Origin: Mustelus asterias
Lineage: Eukaryota
Length of the DNA: 64,000 nt
NCBI RefSeq assembly: GCF_964213995.1
Contig: NC_135801.1
Location: 115,072,001 to 115,136,000 of the forward strand
Direction: 5' to 3'
Position numbers and translations under genes: made by a program. Below the pieces are notes generated by a model that was not told the origin of the DNA, made no database searches, and saw nothing but the letters and a program-made list of their open reading frames with translations. Positions 13,745 through 25,859 of the stretch are shown here, piece after piece; positions within the stretch are counted from its first letter, which is position 1, and the number at the start of each line of letters is the position of its first letter.

Positions 13745-13781
13745 CACCTGAAGAAGGGGCTTAGAGCTTCGAAAGCTTGTG
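13745..13781 (+). ncRNA. Minimal type I hammerhead ribozyme in PLE pseudo-LTR
   Basis: CAC-CTGAAGA-(stem II)-GAAA-GCTT-GTG: CUGANGA and GAAA cores, stem I CAC/GTG, palindromic AAGCTT in place of a full stem III. Confidence 0.82.
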
Positions 13782-14404
13782 TGGCTTTTGCTACCAAATA
13801 AACCTGTTGGACTTTAACCTGGTGTTGTTAAACTTCTTACTATGTTTACCCCAGTCCAACGCCGGCATCTCCACATCAAAACGTAAAAACACATCAAATT
13901 GCTGGACATTGGCATATTTACTATCATCTTGTCCCTTACTTGTGGTTTACCAATACTGCTATTTGTTTTCACAATGACTAATCTTCACTTTTTGAGCTGA
14001 AACTTGTTGCATGTTGATATTAATGTTTTACTGTTTCGATGTAAGATGGTTGTGAAGTTTTGTGTCTGGACTGCACAGATGAAGCATTCAAGGGTTGTAA
14101 TGACATTTGACTCAGTGATGTTGATGCCCTTGCAGGGTCTGCCTCTGTTTGCTCCTCCTACTCCTCTTGGGGGCCCAGGCTCCACTGACGAAGGTGCACC
14201 GTCCCCCTCATGAAAAGTAACAACATCGATACTTGTGCCCTACAGCTCACTAATGTTAGGCAAGGACTGATTTGGCACAATAGTCTGCACAAGAGCAGAT
14301 TGAATAATCTAATTTGTGATCTGAGTGTCTTGAGCTAAAGCAAGATTGCATTAAATACTTATAATTTTCATAAGAAACACATTTTGCCTGAAGAGCTAAG
14401 TAGG

Positions 14405-15115
14405 AGGATTGGTCCCAAATTTCCTGAGAGTTTCCTGTCAGTCTTAGTGAAGGGAGTGAGGGCGGGGACAGAGTAATTGTTCCCTAGAGATAGCAAGAAA
14501 AGTTCAAGGCCACAGTGAAATTGGTTTGGTTAGAGATAGCAGACAAGGTCAATAATAATCGTATCAGCTCCATAACAACATTTCAAGCATTAGAAATTGG
14601 AGCAAGTACAGCCCATCAATCCTACTCCACTGTTCATCTTATTGATATTATCATCTTATTCAATAAGATGAAAGTTGATCTTCTTCAATTCCACTTTCCT
14701 GTCCTATAGCCATAACACTAGATTCCCTCAGTGACCAAGAATTTATTGATCTCAGACTTGAATATACTCAAGCACTAATCACCTACTGTCAACTGTGATC
14801 AAGAATCCCAAAGACTTGCAATCCTCCGAGGAGAAAAGACTTCTCCTCATCTCAGTTCTAAATTGCTGGCCCATTATCCAGAAACCATGGGCAGGATTCT
14901 CTGTCCTCTCTGGCAGAGGCGACAGGATGTGAACGGCCGGAGAGTTCCAGCCCATGATTCCTAGTTCCAGAGAGTAGAGCGAAAGGGAAAAGCGTCTCAG
15001 CATCTACCATGTCAATTCTTCTGAGAATTTTATGCATTTTAAAGAGATCACTCATGATCTGGGTTCAATGTAGAATGAGGTTGAATGACCTGGTGAGAAC
15101 AAAGGCAAATATACC
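14405..15115 (+). pseudogene. Degenerate Myb/SANT-like ORF of a PIF/Harbinger transposon, split by a CR1 tail insertion (about 14575-15055)
   Basis: GPKFPESFLSVLVKGVRAG..LFP, then KLVWLEIADKVNNN (14515-14570), then after the insertion IWVQCRMRLNDLVRTK (15055-15105). Matches the W-EIA-VN...W-QC-RFNDL pattern. Confidence 0.6.
14889..14953. mobile_element. 65-bp MITE-like insert (Harbinger-type termini) inside a CR1 tail
   Basis: Ends GGGCAGGATTCTC...GAGAGTTCCAGCCC are imperfect inverted repeats with (C)ATG on both sides. Removing it restores ATTATCCAGAAACCATGATTCCTAGTTCC. Confidence 0.55.
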
Positions 15116-15539
15116 TATTCAGCCCTCTCAGTATCCCGCCTCACCCACATGCCTATCACTCTTAACCTCCACCACTCTTAACAATTCCCTCCACAAGGTC
15201 ATGATCTGCACAGCACATATCTATCTACTGGAGTAGAACAATACATCTGTGCGAGGTTTAGCCAGACATCATCTGTTTTTCTTGTAGTCTCCTTTGTCTG
15301 AGTAAATACATTGTGCACCTCGTGGACATATCCTTTGGCTGTGCTGCTAGCCTTCATTAAGAGCAGGATGTCCTGGAGCTGAATGTCCCTGACCGTGTCT
15401 ACAACATGGGGGAAGGTGGGGCTGGCAGCTCACCTCAGCTGGATGTTTGGATATTACTTATAATTCTTCATCCATCTCAGTAAACATGCAGGATGCTTTA
15501 CACCTTCAAGCTCTAATCTCAAGAATACAGTAAAAATAC

Positions 15540-15658
15540 AGCTGAAGGAACAGTGCTCCAAAAGCTCATGATTCTAAATAAACCTGTTGGACTTTAACCT
15601 GGTTTTGTGAGACTTCTTACTGAGACCACTCCAGTCCAACTCCGGCAGCTCCACCTCA
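15540..15658 (+). mobile_element. Solo PLE pseudo-LTR fragment with degenerate hammerhead
   Basis: AAATAAACCTGTTGGACTTTAACCTGGT...CTTCTTACTG...CCAGTCCAAC matches 13797-13877. Confidence 0.75.
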
Positions 15659-16999
15659 AGAATACAGGCCACAAATAACCATTTTCCATCTGCCATCCTA
15701 GCTCATACCATTTTTCTCTCTTCTCAGCACTATGATGCTCCTCCAGCACAAGGCATCCCAGGGGAGGATAGTCCTGCTACAGATGCACCACCGCTCGTTT
15801 CATCCCTTCTGGGCAGAAACTGATGCTCCACATCGATTAGATAATGACACAGTGAGACAAAGCGTGAAACACCCAGCACCAGTGGGCAGCAGCAGGTACT
15901 GGTGACAGAGAGAGCCAAGGAGACAGTTCACTGGTGGGTTAGTCCTTCACCAAGCTTTGTTGTGGAGGATAGAGATGATGATATCATGGACACAGACATG
16001 AGAAGAAAATTATTAGCCTCACATGAGCAGTTATATGAGATTTCAGAAGACATGCCAAAGAGTTTTAGCACCAAGACTGTGAGTATGGTGTGTGTGTGTG
16101 TGTGCGCGTGCGTGTGTGTGTGTGTTCACATTCAGCCTCTGCGGTGTCATTGCACCTGGAAGTTTGCTGTGGAGGGTTTGGCCATCAGCCTCACAACAAG
16201 CGTCTATGTTCAAATGCTTTAGGGTTTTGGTGGAAATTTAAATGATTGCCTTGCAGGCTATGGACCCCAGCATGGAGAGACAGGTGTGCACTGGGGCACA
16301 AATAGAGAGGGGCTTTTAAAAACTCACTAATCTTTTGCAATCTGCCCCCTGTAAATTAGTAGACATAATGAGCACAGCCCCACTGGAGTGCCAATGGCAT
16401 GATAGGAATGGAATGTGCTGATTTTTCCCAGGATCTCAGCCCATCTGAGCCCTCAGCCTCAGCCATGGTGTTAGCATGCCAGTTGGAGCAGGCTGCCCCA
16501 GCAGGAGGAGAGATACAGTTGATTGGTGTCAGGCTTTCACAGGCCAAAGCCTGTGGAAGGAAGACACGGGCAACAAGTATCTCCAGAGTTCCAACATGAG
16601 GAACAGCAATCACTCATCAGTAATGTTGAGGCTACTAAAGAACCCTCCAAGCAACATACATGCAGTCAACAGTGTCCTATACATGGTTCAGTCAGACACT
16701 GCTGCAAATTCTTGAGAGAATAGGACTTCATAGCTGCCTGATGACAGAATTAAATATCTCTGGCCCACATCCCATGCAAGAATCAGTTATACTGACCTGG
16801 TTTCATCAACTAGTGAAATATGAAAATCTTAATTATGCTAATTAGCAACAATTTGACATGGTCAGTACTAAGTCATATTTGTATCTAATCTCTGCAAGGG
16901 TCTTCAAAAGTTGAACAGGGGATTGGACTTTCTCGATGATGATTCCTTAGAAGAGTTGATACTTTCTAAGGATGCATCATTACAGGAAATATGCTTACA

Positions 17000-17312
17000 G
17001 GGCGGCACGGTGGCACAGTGGTTAGCACTGCTGCTTCACAGCGTCAAGGACCCAGGTTCGATTTCCAGCTGGGTCACTGTCTGTGTGGAGTCTGCACGTT
17101 CTCCCCATGTCTGTGTGGGTTTCCTCCGGGTGCTCCGGTTTCCTCCCACAGTCTGAAAGATGTGCTGGTTAGGTGCAGTGGCCATGGTAAATTCTCCCTC
17201 AACGTACCCGAACAGCCACTGGAGTGTGGTGACTAGGAGATTTTCACAGTAACCTCATGGCAGTGTTAATGTAAGCCTACTTATGACAAATAAATAAACG
17301 TTATACTTTACT
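17000..17312 (+). mobile_element. tRNA-derived V-SINE with alternative (non-CR1) tail
   Basis: GGGCGGCACGGTGGCACAGTGGTTAGCACTG head and V-domain. Tail ...TTTTCACAGTAACCTCATGGCAGTGTTAATGTAAGCCTACTTATGACAAATAAATAAAC. Confidence 0.85.
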
Positions 17313-17315
17313 TTA

Positions 17316-17683
17316 TAGTGGTATTTATCGCTAGACTATTAATCCAGAAATTCACCTAATGTTCTGGGGAGCTGTGTTTGAATACCGCCACGATGATATA
17401 ATTTGAATTCAATAAAAAAATCTGGAATTGAGAATCTACTGATGACCATGAGATCATTGTCAATTGTCAGAAAAACCCATCTGGTTCACTAATGTCCTTC
17501 AAGGAAGGAAATCTGCCGTCCTTACCTGGTTTGGCCTACATATGAGTCCAGAGCCACAGCAGTGGTTGACTCTCAACTGCCCTCTGAAATGACCCAGCAA
17601 GCCACTCAGTTCAAGGGCAACTAGGAATGGGCAACAAATGCTGGCCAGCCAGCGATGCCCGTGTCTCACAATTGAATAAAAAA
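17316..17683 (+). mobile_element. Second tRNA-derived SINE family sharing its 3' tail with the LINE at 48395-52280
   Basis: Decayed A/B-box head, body AAAACCCATCTGGTTCACTAATGTCCTT..., tail AAGGGCAACTAGGAATGGGCAACAAATGCTGGCCAGCC. Partial copies at about 20430-20640 (+) and 47115-47320 (-). Confidence 0.7.
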
Positions 17684-17929
17684 TACCTGCAATTCATAGG
17701 TTTTTGTTACATACGTAGTGTGCAAAATTGTATTCAAGTCATTTTTCCTAAGTCAAGTCACAAGTCATTTTTTAAAGGGAAAGTCATTGACATGTCCTCT
17801 TAGTCTGTGCAAGCAAGTTAAATCTCAGTCACTTTATTTGAATGTATTTGAAAATACACATGTTATGCATTCTCCACAGTCATAGTGTTGATAGTATAAA
17901 GTGTGGTCAAAACCTGTCCTCTCTTTAAT

Positions 17930-18456
17930 AAAAAATGAAGTCCGTAATTAAGAAAGCAAATGTAATGTTGTCATTTATCTCAAGAGGCTTGGAATACAAA
18001 AGCAGGGATGTACTTCTGAGGCTTTATAAAGCACTGGTTAGGCCCCATTTGGAGTACTGTGAGCAATTTTGGGCCCCACACCTCAGGAAGGACATACTGG
18101 CACTGGAGCGGGTCCAGCGGAGATTCACACGGATGATCCCAGGAATGGTAGGCCTGACATACGATGAACGTCTGAGGATCGTGGGATTATATTCATTGGA
18201 GTTTAGGAGGTTGAGGGGAGATCTGATAGAAACTTACAAGATAATGAACGGCTTAGATAGGATGGACGTAGGGAAGTTGTTTCCATTAACAGGGGAGACT
18301 AGGACGCGGGGGCACAGCCTTAGAATAAAAGGGAGTCACTTTAGAACAGAGATGAGGAGAAATTTCTTCAGCCAGAGAGTGGTGGGTCTGTGGAATTCAT
18401 TGCCACAGAGGGCTGTGGAGGCCGAGACGTTGAGCGTCTTCAAGACAGAAATTGAT
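17930..18456 (+). mobile_element. CR1 LINE ORF2 C-terminal fragment
   Basis: ORF 17935-18510: LYKALVRPHLEYCEQFWAP...RRLRGDLIETYKI...RRNFFSQRVVGLWNSLP. Confidence 0.9.
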
Positions 18457-18842
18457 ATTAATTATTATTTGATGATCCAGACAAAGTCTTTCCTCCCACC
18501 CCCAGCATAGAGATGATGAGAAAAATAATGATTCCTCTGACATATACATGCATTACAAAAATTGAGTGTTTTATTGACTTTAAAACAAAAAGGACTTTTA
18601 AAAATTGCAATTGGGAAATTTAAAGCTATTGAATACTACAAAATGTGACAAATTGACATTTTTGACAAGTGATGTAGCAATACTCCAATTGACAATGAGA
18701 TCTAAAATTATGGTTTATGTGAAGGCTCACTAACATGGATGAGACGAATTGTAGACAGCAACATGATGTGTTACAGATAATGTCATTGATCTCTGGCTAC
18801 TGCTGGCAATGGCCTAATTTATGAATATCATCTTTTTCTTTA

Positions 18843-19148
18843 CTTAAGTTTATTTATTAGTCACAAGTAGGCTTATATTAAAACTGCAATGAAATTGCTT
18901 TGGAAATCCCCTAGTCGCTACACTGCAGCATCTGTTCGGGTACACTGAGGGAGAATTTGGTATGGCCAATGCACCTAACCAGTACGTCTTTCAGACTGTG
19001 GGAGGAAACTGGAGCACCCGGATGAAACCCACGCAAATACGGGGAGAACGTGCAGACTCCACACAGTCAGTGACGCAAACTGGGAATCGGACCCGGGTCC
19101 CTGGTGCTGTGAGGCAGCATTGCTAACCACTGTGCCACCGTGCCGCCC
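18843..19148 (-). mobile_element. V-SINE (alternative-tail type)
   Basis: Reverse complement of the 17000-type element, ending ...GTGCCACCGTGCCGCCC on the + strand. Confidence 0.85.
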
Positions 19149-19489
19149 TCATTTTATTATCCTGTGCAAATTTAATTGAAATTAAAATGCAAACTAGTCT
19201 ATTCATAACATAGAAGCTGAAGAAACATTTACTTTGTTCTGCTTATTGAATGAGTAATAATAATCTTTAGTGGCAGGCCCATTCCTGTTATGAGGTGAAC
19301 TTTGACCATGTTCCAAACGCAAGTTTTATGATATTAGTGAAAGGATAATTGATTGTAAAGTTAATATAGCCTAAACATTACAAGAAACTTCCAAAATCAT
19401 TCATGATAAAAGATTTCAATTACAAATTTTAAAACTAATGTCTGGAGTTACACAGCATATATGCTGAGCATGTTTGTGAACCTACCTCT

Positions 19490-19617
19490 CCACTCACCTG
19501 ATGAAGGAGCAGCACACCGAAAGCTCGTGATTCCAAATAAACCTGTTGGACTTTAACCTGGTGTTGTGAGACTTCGTACTGTGCCCACCCAAGTCCAACG
19601 CCGGCATCTTCACATCA
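19490..19617 (+). mobile_element. Solo PLE pseudo-LTR with hammerhead (19495-19529)
   Basis: CAC-CTGATGA-AGGAGCAGCACACC-GAAA-GCTC-GTG followed by the conserved PLE 3' end. Confidence 0.8.
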
Positions 19618-20169
19618 AAGTTACTCAGAACAATGAATTTGAAAAAAGCAGTGTTTTTTAAAATGTAAGCACAGGTAAAAATTGCATTTAGTTCATGAGA
19701 CAATAAGTTTAAAACATACTTTTCAGGATTGCATTTCAGGTGCCCAACAAAATTTGATTTAATTGCAGGACCATCAAGTACCTTCACATGTTTTATAGAC
19801 AGCAGTTTGCTTTGTGGCCAAACTGTCATAACTTTTATAAACAAATAAATACAATTTTTGGTGGCTTGTAAGAACAATACACATGTTACACGTCAAACAA
19901 TTACTAAAGTGACTTCAGCATTTCAGCATTCAAGGCAGTGATAAGTATAATACATATATAATTGTCGAGACATCCCTTGTGTGTGCCGATGACCTGCTCC
20001 CCTCTCCCCTGTCCCTCACCCTCTCTCCTGTCCTTCTCTCTCTCCTCTGTCCTTGTCCCCTGTTACACTCCACCTCCCCCCCCATCTCATTCCCTGACCC
20101 CATTCCAATCCCTGTCCATCTCTCTCCTCCTATCCCCCCTGTCCTACTGGGGCTGGAGTGCAGAGCCTG

Positions 20170-20330
20170 TGGGCACATGATGAAGCTGGGCGGGGAGTCC
20201 AGGGCGAGTTCCAGGTGCCTGGGCAGAATCTTCTCATGGAATTCTTGCTGCACCAATGTCCTGGCTGCTCTTCCAAGAGAAGCTGAGCCTGTGCTCAACA
20301 GGAGCCTGGGTGATGAGTCACTCAAGAATA
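20170..20330 (-). pseudogene. Possible C-terminal remnant of a Harbinger transposase
   Basis: ASLGRAARTLVQQEF in ORF 19930-20325 resembles the GRxxRxxLIxxxF end of HARBI1-type transposases. It is convergent with the Myb relic at 14.4-15.1 kb. Confidence 0.3.
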
Positions 20331-21029
20331 GTGTGGACGACCAGAGTGCATTAGATTGAGGTTCTCAATCAGGGAGTATGTGACCATAGAAGGACCTGAC
20401 TAGCAGGCCTGAGCCCTAGGCTAATACTCTGATACTGTAATACATGGGTTCAAATCCCTCCATGGCAGCTGGTGGAATTTAAATTTAATGAATAAAATCT
20501 GGAATTAAAAATTAGTGTCAGTAATGATGATCATGAAAATATTGTCAATTGTTGTAAAAACCCATCTGGTCTGCTTCACTAATGTCCTTTAGAGAAATGA
20601 ATCTGCTGTTCTTACCTGGTCTGGCCTACATGTGACTCATTACAATCCCAGCTCATGTTAATACTGGACAAGTCAGATCCCAGAGTGGAACCTGACTTAA
20701 TAGGTCCTAACGTTTTATTTTTAGAAACTGTGAAGGACAGTTTTTGAACACATTCACAAGAAATGTCAGTGTACCTTTAACACAAAGAAGAAAATGTTAA
20801 TTAAACAAGAAAACTGAACTATATTACATTGGACAAAAAGGAAAGATTTCAATACAAACACTAGTAATTTAGTCAAATGACATTAGTCCCTCAACCCAAC
20901 TATATTTTTACAGATACATTCAAAGTTGTAAAGATAACACAACTTACAATATCTATCTTATACTCTACTATTCAGCATAAGTATGCAGTACATGTGAACT
21001 AATAGGTGAACTGTGGTCAGACACATCAC

Positions 21030-22245
21030 ACTCCCAGCAAGCCATTCAATTGTGTCAAACCATGACAGAAATGCCAAAATAGAATGAAGCTGGATGGACC
21101 ATCCAGCATTGACCAACGCACCAGAAACAACAACACTCCCTGCCCTGTTGACTCTGTAATATCCTCCTTATCAATATCTGGGTGCTTGTGCCAAAATTTG
21201 GAGAGCTACTAGTCAAGCAACAGCCTGACGTAGTCTCCTCTTCAACATTGACTCTGAACCCTTTAGACTCATGGTATCAGGTCAAACATGGGTAGAGAAA
21301 CCTCCTGCTGATTACCACCTATTGCCAATGCCTTCAGTTGATGAATCAGTACTTCTCCATGTTGAACACAACTTGAAGGAAATACTGAAATCGGCAAGGG
21401 TGCAGAATGTACTCTGGGGGTGGAACTTCAATGTTCATCACCAAGATTGACTTGGTAGCACTGTTGACTGAGTTGGTTGAATCCTAAAGGACATAGACTG
21501 GGTCTGAAGCAGGTGGTGAGGAAGCTAACAAGAGGAAAAAAAACCTTGTACTCACCAATCTACTTAGGAGTGACCAAGCCATATAGTAATTGTGAAGATG
21601 AAAGTCCATTTCCACATTGAGGATACCCTTCATCATATTGTGTGGTGTTATCACCATGTTAAATGGAGCACATTTTGAACAGATTTAGCATCTGAGAGCT
21701 GGACATCATGTAGTGCTATGGCCCATCAACAGCAGCAGAATTGTACATAATCACAATCTGTAGCCTCATTGCCCAGCATATTCCTCACTCTACCATTACC
21801 ATCATCAGGGATCAACCTTGATTCAATGAAGAGTGCAGGAGGGAATGGCAGGAGCAGCCCCAGGCATACCTAAAAATGAGTTGTCAACCTGTTGAAGCTA
21901 CAACACAGGACTTGCATGCCAAGCAGCATAAGCAGCATGCAATAGAGCTAAGCAATCCCATGATCAATGGATTGGGTCTAAGCTGTAGAGTTCTGTGTTT
22001 CTATGAGTCCAGGCACAGCCAGTCATGAATGGTGGTGGATATGGACAAAAGAACTGAACTCAACAGATGAGGTAAGAGTGAGTGTCCTTGACATCAAGGC
22101 AGCATTTGATTGAGTGTGGCATCAAGGAGCCTTAGAAAAACTGGAGTCAATGGGAGTCAGGGAGAAAATTTTCCACTGGCTGGATTCATACCTAGCATAA
22201 AGGAAATAATTCAGTTGTTGGAGGTCAATCATCTCAGTCCTGAGC
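21030..22245 (+). mobile_element. Degraded CR1/L2-group LINE ('family B'), endonuclease-RT region with internal deletion
   Basis: Collinear similarity to 48395-51400 (AAACCTCCTGCTGATTACCAC, CTTCAATGTTCATCACCAAGA, CTTGACATCAAGGCAGCATTTG). Confidence 0.7.
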
Positions 22246-22249
22246 AGCA

Positions 22250-22550
22250 TGTTGGCACAGTGGTTAGCACTGCTGCCTCACAGCACCATGAACCCAGGTT
22301 CAATTCCTGGCTTGAGTCACTGTCTGTATGGAATCTGCACATTCTCCCTGTATCTGTGCGGGTTTCCTCCGGGTGCTCCGGTTTCCTCCCACAGTCCGAA
22401 AGATGTGTAGGTTAGGTGCATTGGCCAGGCTAAATTCTCCCTCAGTGTACCCGAACAGGCGCCAGAGTGCGGCGACTAGGGGAATTTCACAGTAACTTCA
22501 TTGCAATGTTAATGTAAGCCTTACTTGTGACTAATAAATAAACTTTACTT
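22250..22550 (+). mobile_element. V-SINE (alternative-tail type)
   Basis: GGCACAGTGGTTAGCACTGCTGCCTCACAG head; tail CTTACTTGTGACTAATAAATAAACTTTACTTT. Confidence 0.85.
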
Positions 22551-23076
22551 TATCTGTTCGAGAAAGGATCAGAAGTGGAGGCTGAGTCATTTGATTTATA
22601 CAAGGCTGAGTTAGATAATTTTTTGATAGACAAGGAGTCAAGGATTCTGGGAGCAGACCACAACCAGATCTGACTGAATTACCAAGCAGGCTTGGAGGGT
22701 CAAATGGTCTACTTCTGTTCCTAAGTCCTAACTTCCTATGACAAGATTCACAGTGTCACTAGTCTGCATGGCGGATAGAATGACATTGAAGGTTACGGTA
22801 AATTTCATGCTGAAAATCAAGTTCCCTGCAGGCACTTCTTGTCCATGTCCTTGGCAACAGTTGGATGAATTAGGATGAAATTGTGGATTGATAATGTATG
22901 GAATAAGTGTTCCTATGCAAAGAATGCAGTTTTTCATGGGGGATATGTTCAGATCCCATATAAATATTAAGATTAAGGGACACCTGTGAAAAATTAACAC
23001 TCAATTTGCAGTTATGGCAGGGTGTCTAATATCCATAGGTCAACATTTGGATTGGTGCCTCAACAAGCTTTTCAAG

Positions 23077-23238
23077 ATGTTGGAGAGGGGTGGGCGCAGT
23101 AAGAAGTCTCACAACACCAGGTTAAAGTCCAACAGACTTATCTGGAACCATGAACTTTCGGAGAGCGCTGATGAAGGAGCAGCGCTCCGAAAGCTCGTGA
23201 TTCCAGATAAACCTGTTGGACTTTAACCTGGTGTTGTG
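23077..23238. mobile_element. 162-bp fold-back PLE derivative (two head-to-head pseudo-LTR ends) with 12-bp TSD and hammerhead core
   Basis: CACAACACCAGGTTAAAGTCCAACAG... is the reverse complement of ...CTGTTGGACTTTAACCTGGTGTTGTG. AAGCTTTTCAAG at 23065-23076 and 23239-23250. CTGATGA...GAAAGCTC at 23168-23196. Confidence 0.85.
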
Positions 23239-23784
23239 AAGCTTTTCAAGGATCATGTTCATGATGGGAATGTGAACATAGGTTTATGGGGATAAATCAT
23301 TCACAAATAGTGTAAAAATGCATGCATGCTGTTCCGCTTAATGTTTTTGTGGTTTTGTCACTAAATCACAGAATGCTATTAATGGACTGCCATATCATTC
23401 CAAAAATATAGAATCTTCAATGGGGAGAAAGTTGATTTGTTGTGGAGGGATAATTCTGAAACTGAAAATGTCACATCCTATCCAGAGTGGGATCCTTACG
23501 ATGATGCCAAAGTCAAAATGACTCAGAATGAATTTGATAAACTCTTTGTGTCAGGTGCTGAGGTCAATGAATTTTAAAATACTTTCTTTGTGGTTAAAGG
23601 TATCTTTCTACAATTAATTTATTCAATAAACCATGCCACATTAATTTAACATGAATTATCAGTAATTTTTTTTCACATTTCAAAATAGCAACCACACACA
23701 CTGGCAACTGAGGCATATAATTCAATTGCTGTTTCTGGAATAATTTTTGGAGGCTTCAAAGGTTAATTTGTAAATCAACATCTC

Positions 23785-24810
23785 CAGTTATGCAAATGGT
23801 ACGTTGGACTTTATTACAAGAGGACCGGGATACAAGAACGAGGATGTATTACTACAATCCTACAGGGCTTTGATGAAACCACAACTGTGCACAGTTTAGT
23901 CCCAGAGTTAAGGAAGGACAAACATACATTAGAGGCAGTACGCTGAAGGTTCACTAGATTGTTCCTGCGATTGTTCTATGAGGGACTGAGTAAATTGACC
24001 TGTACTTTCTAAAGGTGTCAAAAATGAAAGGTGATTTCATCGAAGCATCAAAATGCTAAAGGAGTTTAGTGGGTAGTTGTGGAGAGGTAACTTCCTCTGC
24101 CTGGGGATCTACAACATGGAGACACTGTCTCAGGATCAGTGGCAGATCATTCAGGACTGAGATTGGGACTGGAGTAGGAATGGAGGGATACAAAAGAATG
24201 GTCTAGTTTGGACCAGGGAGCGGCGTGGGCTTGGAGGGCCGAAGGGCCTGTTCCTGTGCTGTATTGTTCTTTGTTCTTTGTTCTTTGAGATGAGGGGAAA
24301 TTTCTTCACTCCAAGAGTGGTGGATCTTTGGAATTTTTGACCCCAGAAGTTGTGGATGTTCCATCATTGATTATATTAGAATTTTGATCTCTACGTGTAT
24401 TAAGGGATATGGGGAGCAGGTGGGAACATTGAGTTAAGATAAAGGATCAATCATGATCATACCGAATGTCAGAGTAGGCTCAAGGGGCCATATGGTCTAC
24501 TCCAACTGTTCCAATTGACGGAAGAGTCAAATAAGGTGAACGACAAAATAATCAAAGGCAACATGAGGATTTTTTTAGTGCACAGAGTGGCTGGAATCTG
24601 GAGTGCCCTGCCTGAGAGCGTGCTGGAGACAGATTCAATTGTGGTTTCCAGACAGCTGGATAACTTGCTAAGGAGAAAACAAAATTCAGGGCTGTGAAGT
24701 AAAGGTGGGAGAAAGGAATGAGCTGAACTTTTCTTTCAGAGAACCAGCACAGACACAAAGGATCAAATGGCCTCCTTCTGTACTGTCACCATTCTATGTT
24801 TGTATGATTC
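23785..24810 (+). mobile_element. Cluster of decayed, nested CR1 3' fragments
   Basis: GAGATGAGGGGAAATTTCTTCACTC..., a nested tail GGGCCGAAGGGCCTGTTCCTGTGCTG(TGTTCTT)n at 24235-24287, and RVAGIWSALPESVLETDS. Confidence 0.65.
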
Positions 24811-24819
24811 TATTTCTCA

Positions 24820-25345
24820 TGTTCTTATTGTCTGTAAACCTGAGGTCATCCAAACGTCTGTTGTGATTCTCCTTACTCATTCACTCCATTCACTCATCAC
24901 TGCTGTGCTCATTGACCTACAATGGCTCTCAATTTGGTATCAATTTTAAAATTCTTACCCTTGTTTTCAAATCCCTCCATTGTCTCACTCCTCCTTATTG
25001 CTGAAATCCCATTCAGTTTCACAAACCTCCAAGATTTCTGCACCCACCCAATTCTGGCCTCTTGAATATCCCTGACTTTCTTTGCTCCAACATTGGTAGC
25101 TGCACTCAGCTATCCTTCCCATAAATTCTGGAATTCCATCTCATTTAACTCATCCGCCTCTCTACCTTTCTTTCCTCCTTTAAGACACTCCTTAAATCCT
25201 ATCTCATTGACCGTGTGTTTGGCTATCTGCCTTCACATCACCTTATATGGACCAGTGTTAATTTCTGCTCTATAACATTCCTGTGATGCAGCTTGGAACG
25301 TTTCATTATGTTAGAGGTGCTATATAAATTCAAGTTGTTGTTGGT
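24820..25345 (+). mobile_element. L2-clade LINE 3' fragment
   Basis: ITAVLIDLQWL...FKILTLVFKSLH; tail CTATATAAATTCAAGTTGTTGTTG. Confidence 0.65.
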
Positions 25346-25859
25346 TTTGTTATTGTCACCAGAGAGGAAATGTATATAACTCAGCATTGGCAAACAATCT
25401 CTCTGTCACCTGCCCTATGCATTTTTGTGCAGATAACTGGGAGATCCTCAACATGCCCATGGCACTGCCCTGAAAAGAAGCAGAGCAAAACAGGGTTGAG
25501 GGCACTTTTCAGCCACTGGGTAATGGGTGACCACCAGGTGCAGCAAGGTGCAAGTTTTCCTCCAGAAGATTGCAGATGTCTGTGGCCATGACATTACATG
25601 ACAATCTCAGTGTCTGGGAGTGCCTCTCTTCTAAGAGATCATGGAAGCTGAATCTCTGTCTGTGCACTTTGCCTCCTGTGACATTGACCCCCTCAGTCCT
25701 GAAATGCTGCTTTCTTAGTTCCCACTGGATAACAATTTTCTGATGGTACTTCTTGTGAGAGACTTACTTGTACAATTTGGAGATTTTCACACACACAGAT
25801 AAGGGCCGGTGGTGCCATTTCTGCTTGAGATTGGAATTGGGAGGGGAGCATCAGCAGTA

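Larger units (their letters stand above)
11699..13877 (+). mobile_element. Penelope-like retroelement: ~880-bp inverted 3' copy (11699-12580) plus forward truncated copy (12581-13877), 14-bp TSD
   Basis: 11699-12580 is the near-identical reverse complement of about 12955-13840. AAAACGTAAAAACA is repeated at 11685-11698 and 13878-13891. Confidence 0.93.

Noticed and set aside
17000-17075. tRNA genes at SINE heads (also 5075-5149, 19075-19148, 22250-22310, 32308-32380)
   Set aside because: The A/B boxes continue directly into V-domain bodies and LINE-like tails, so these are SINE heads.
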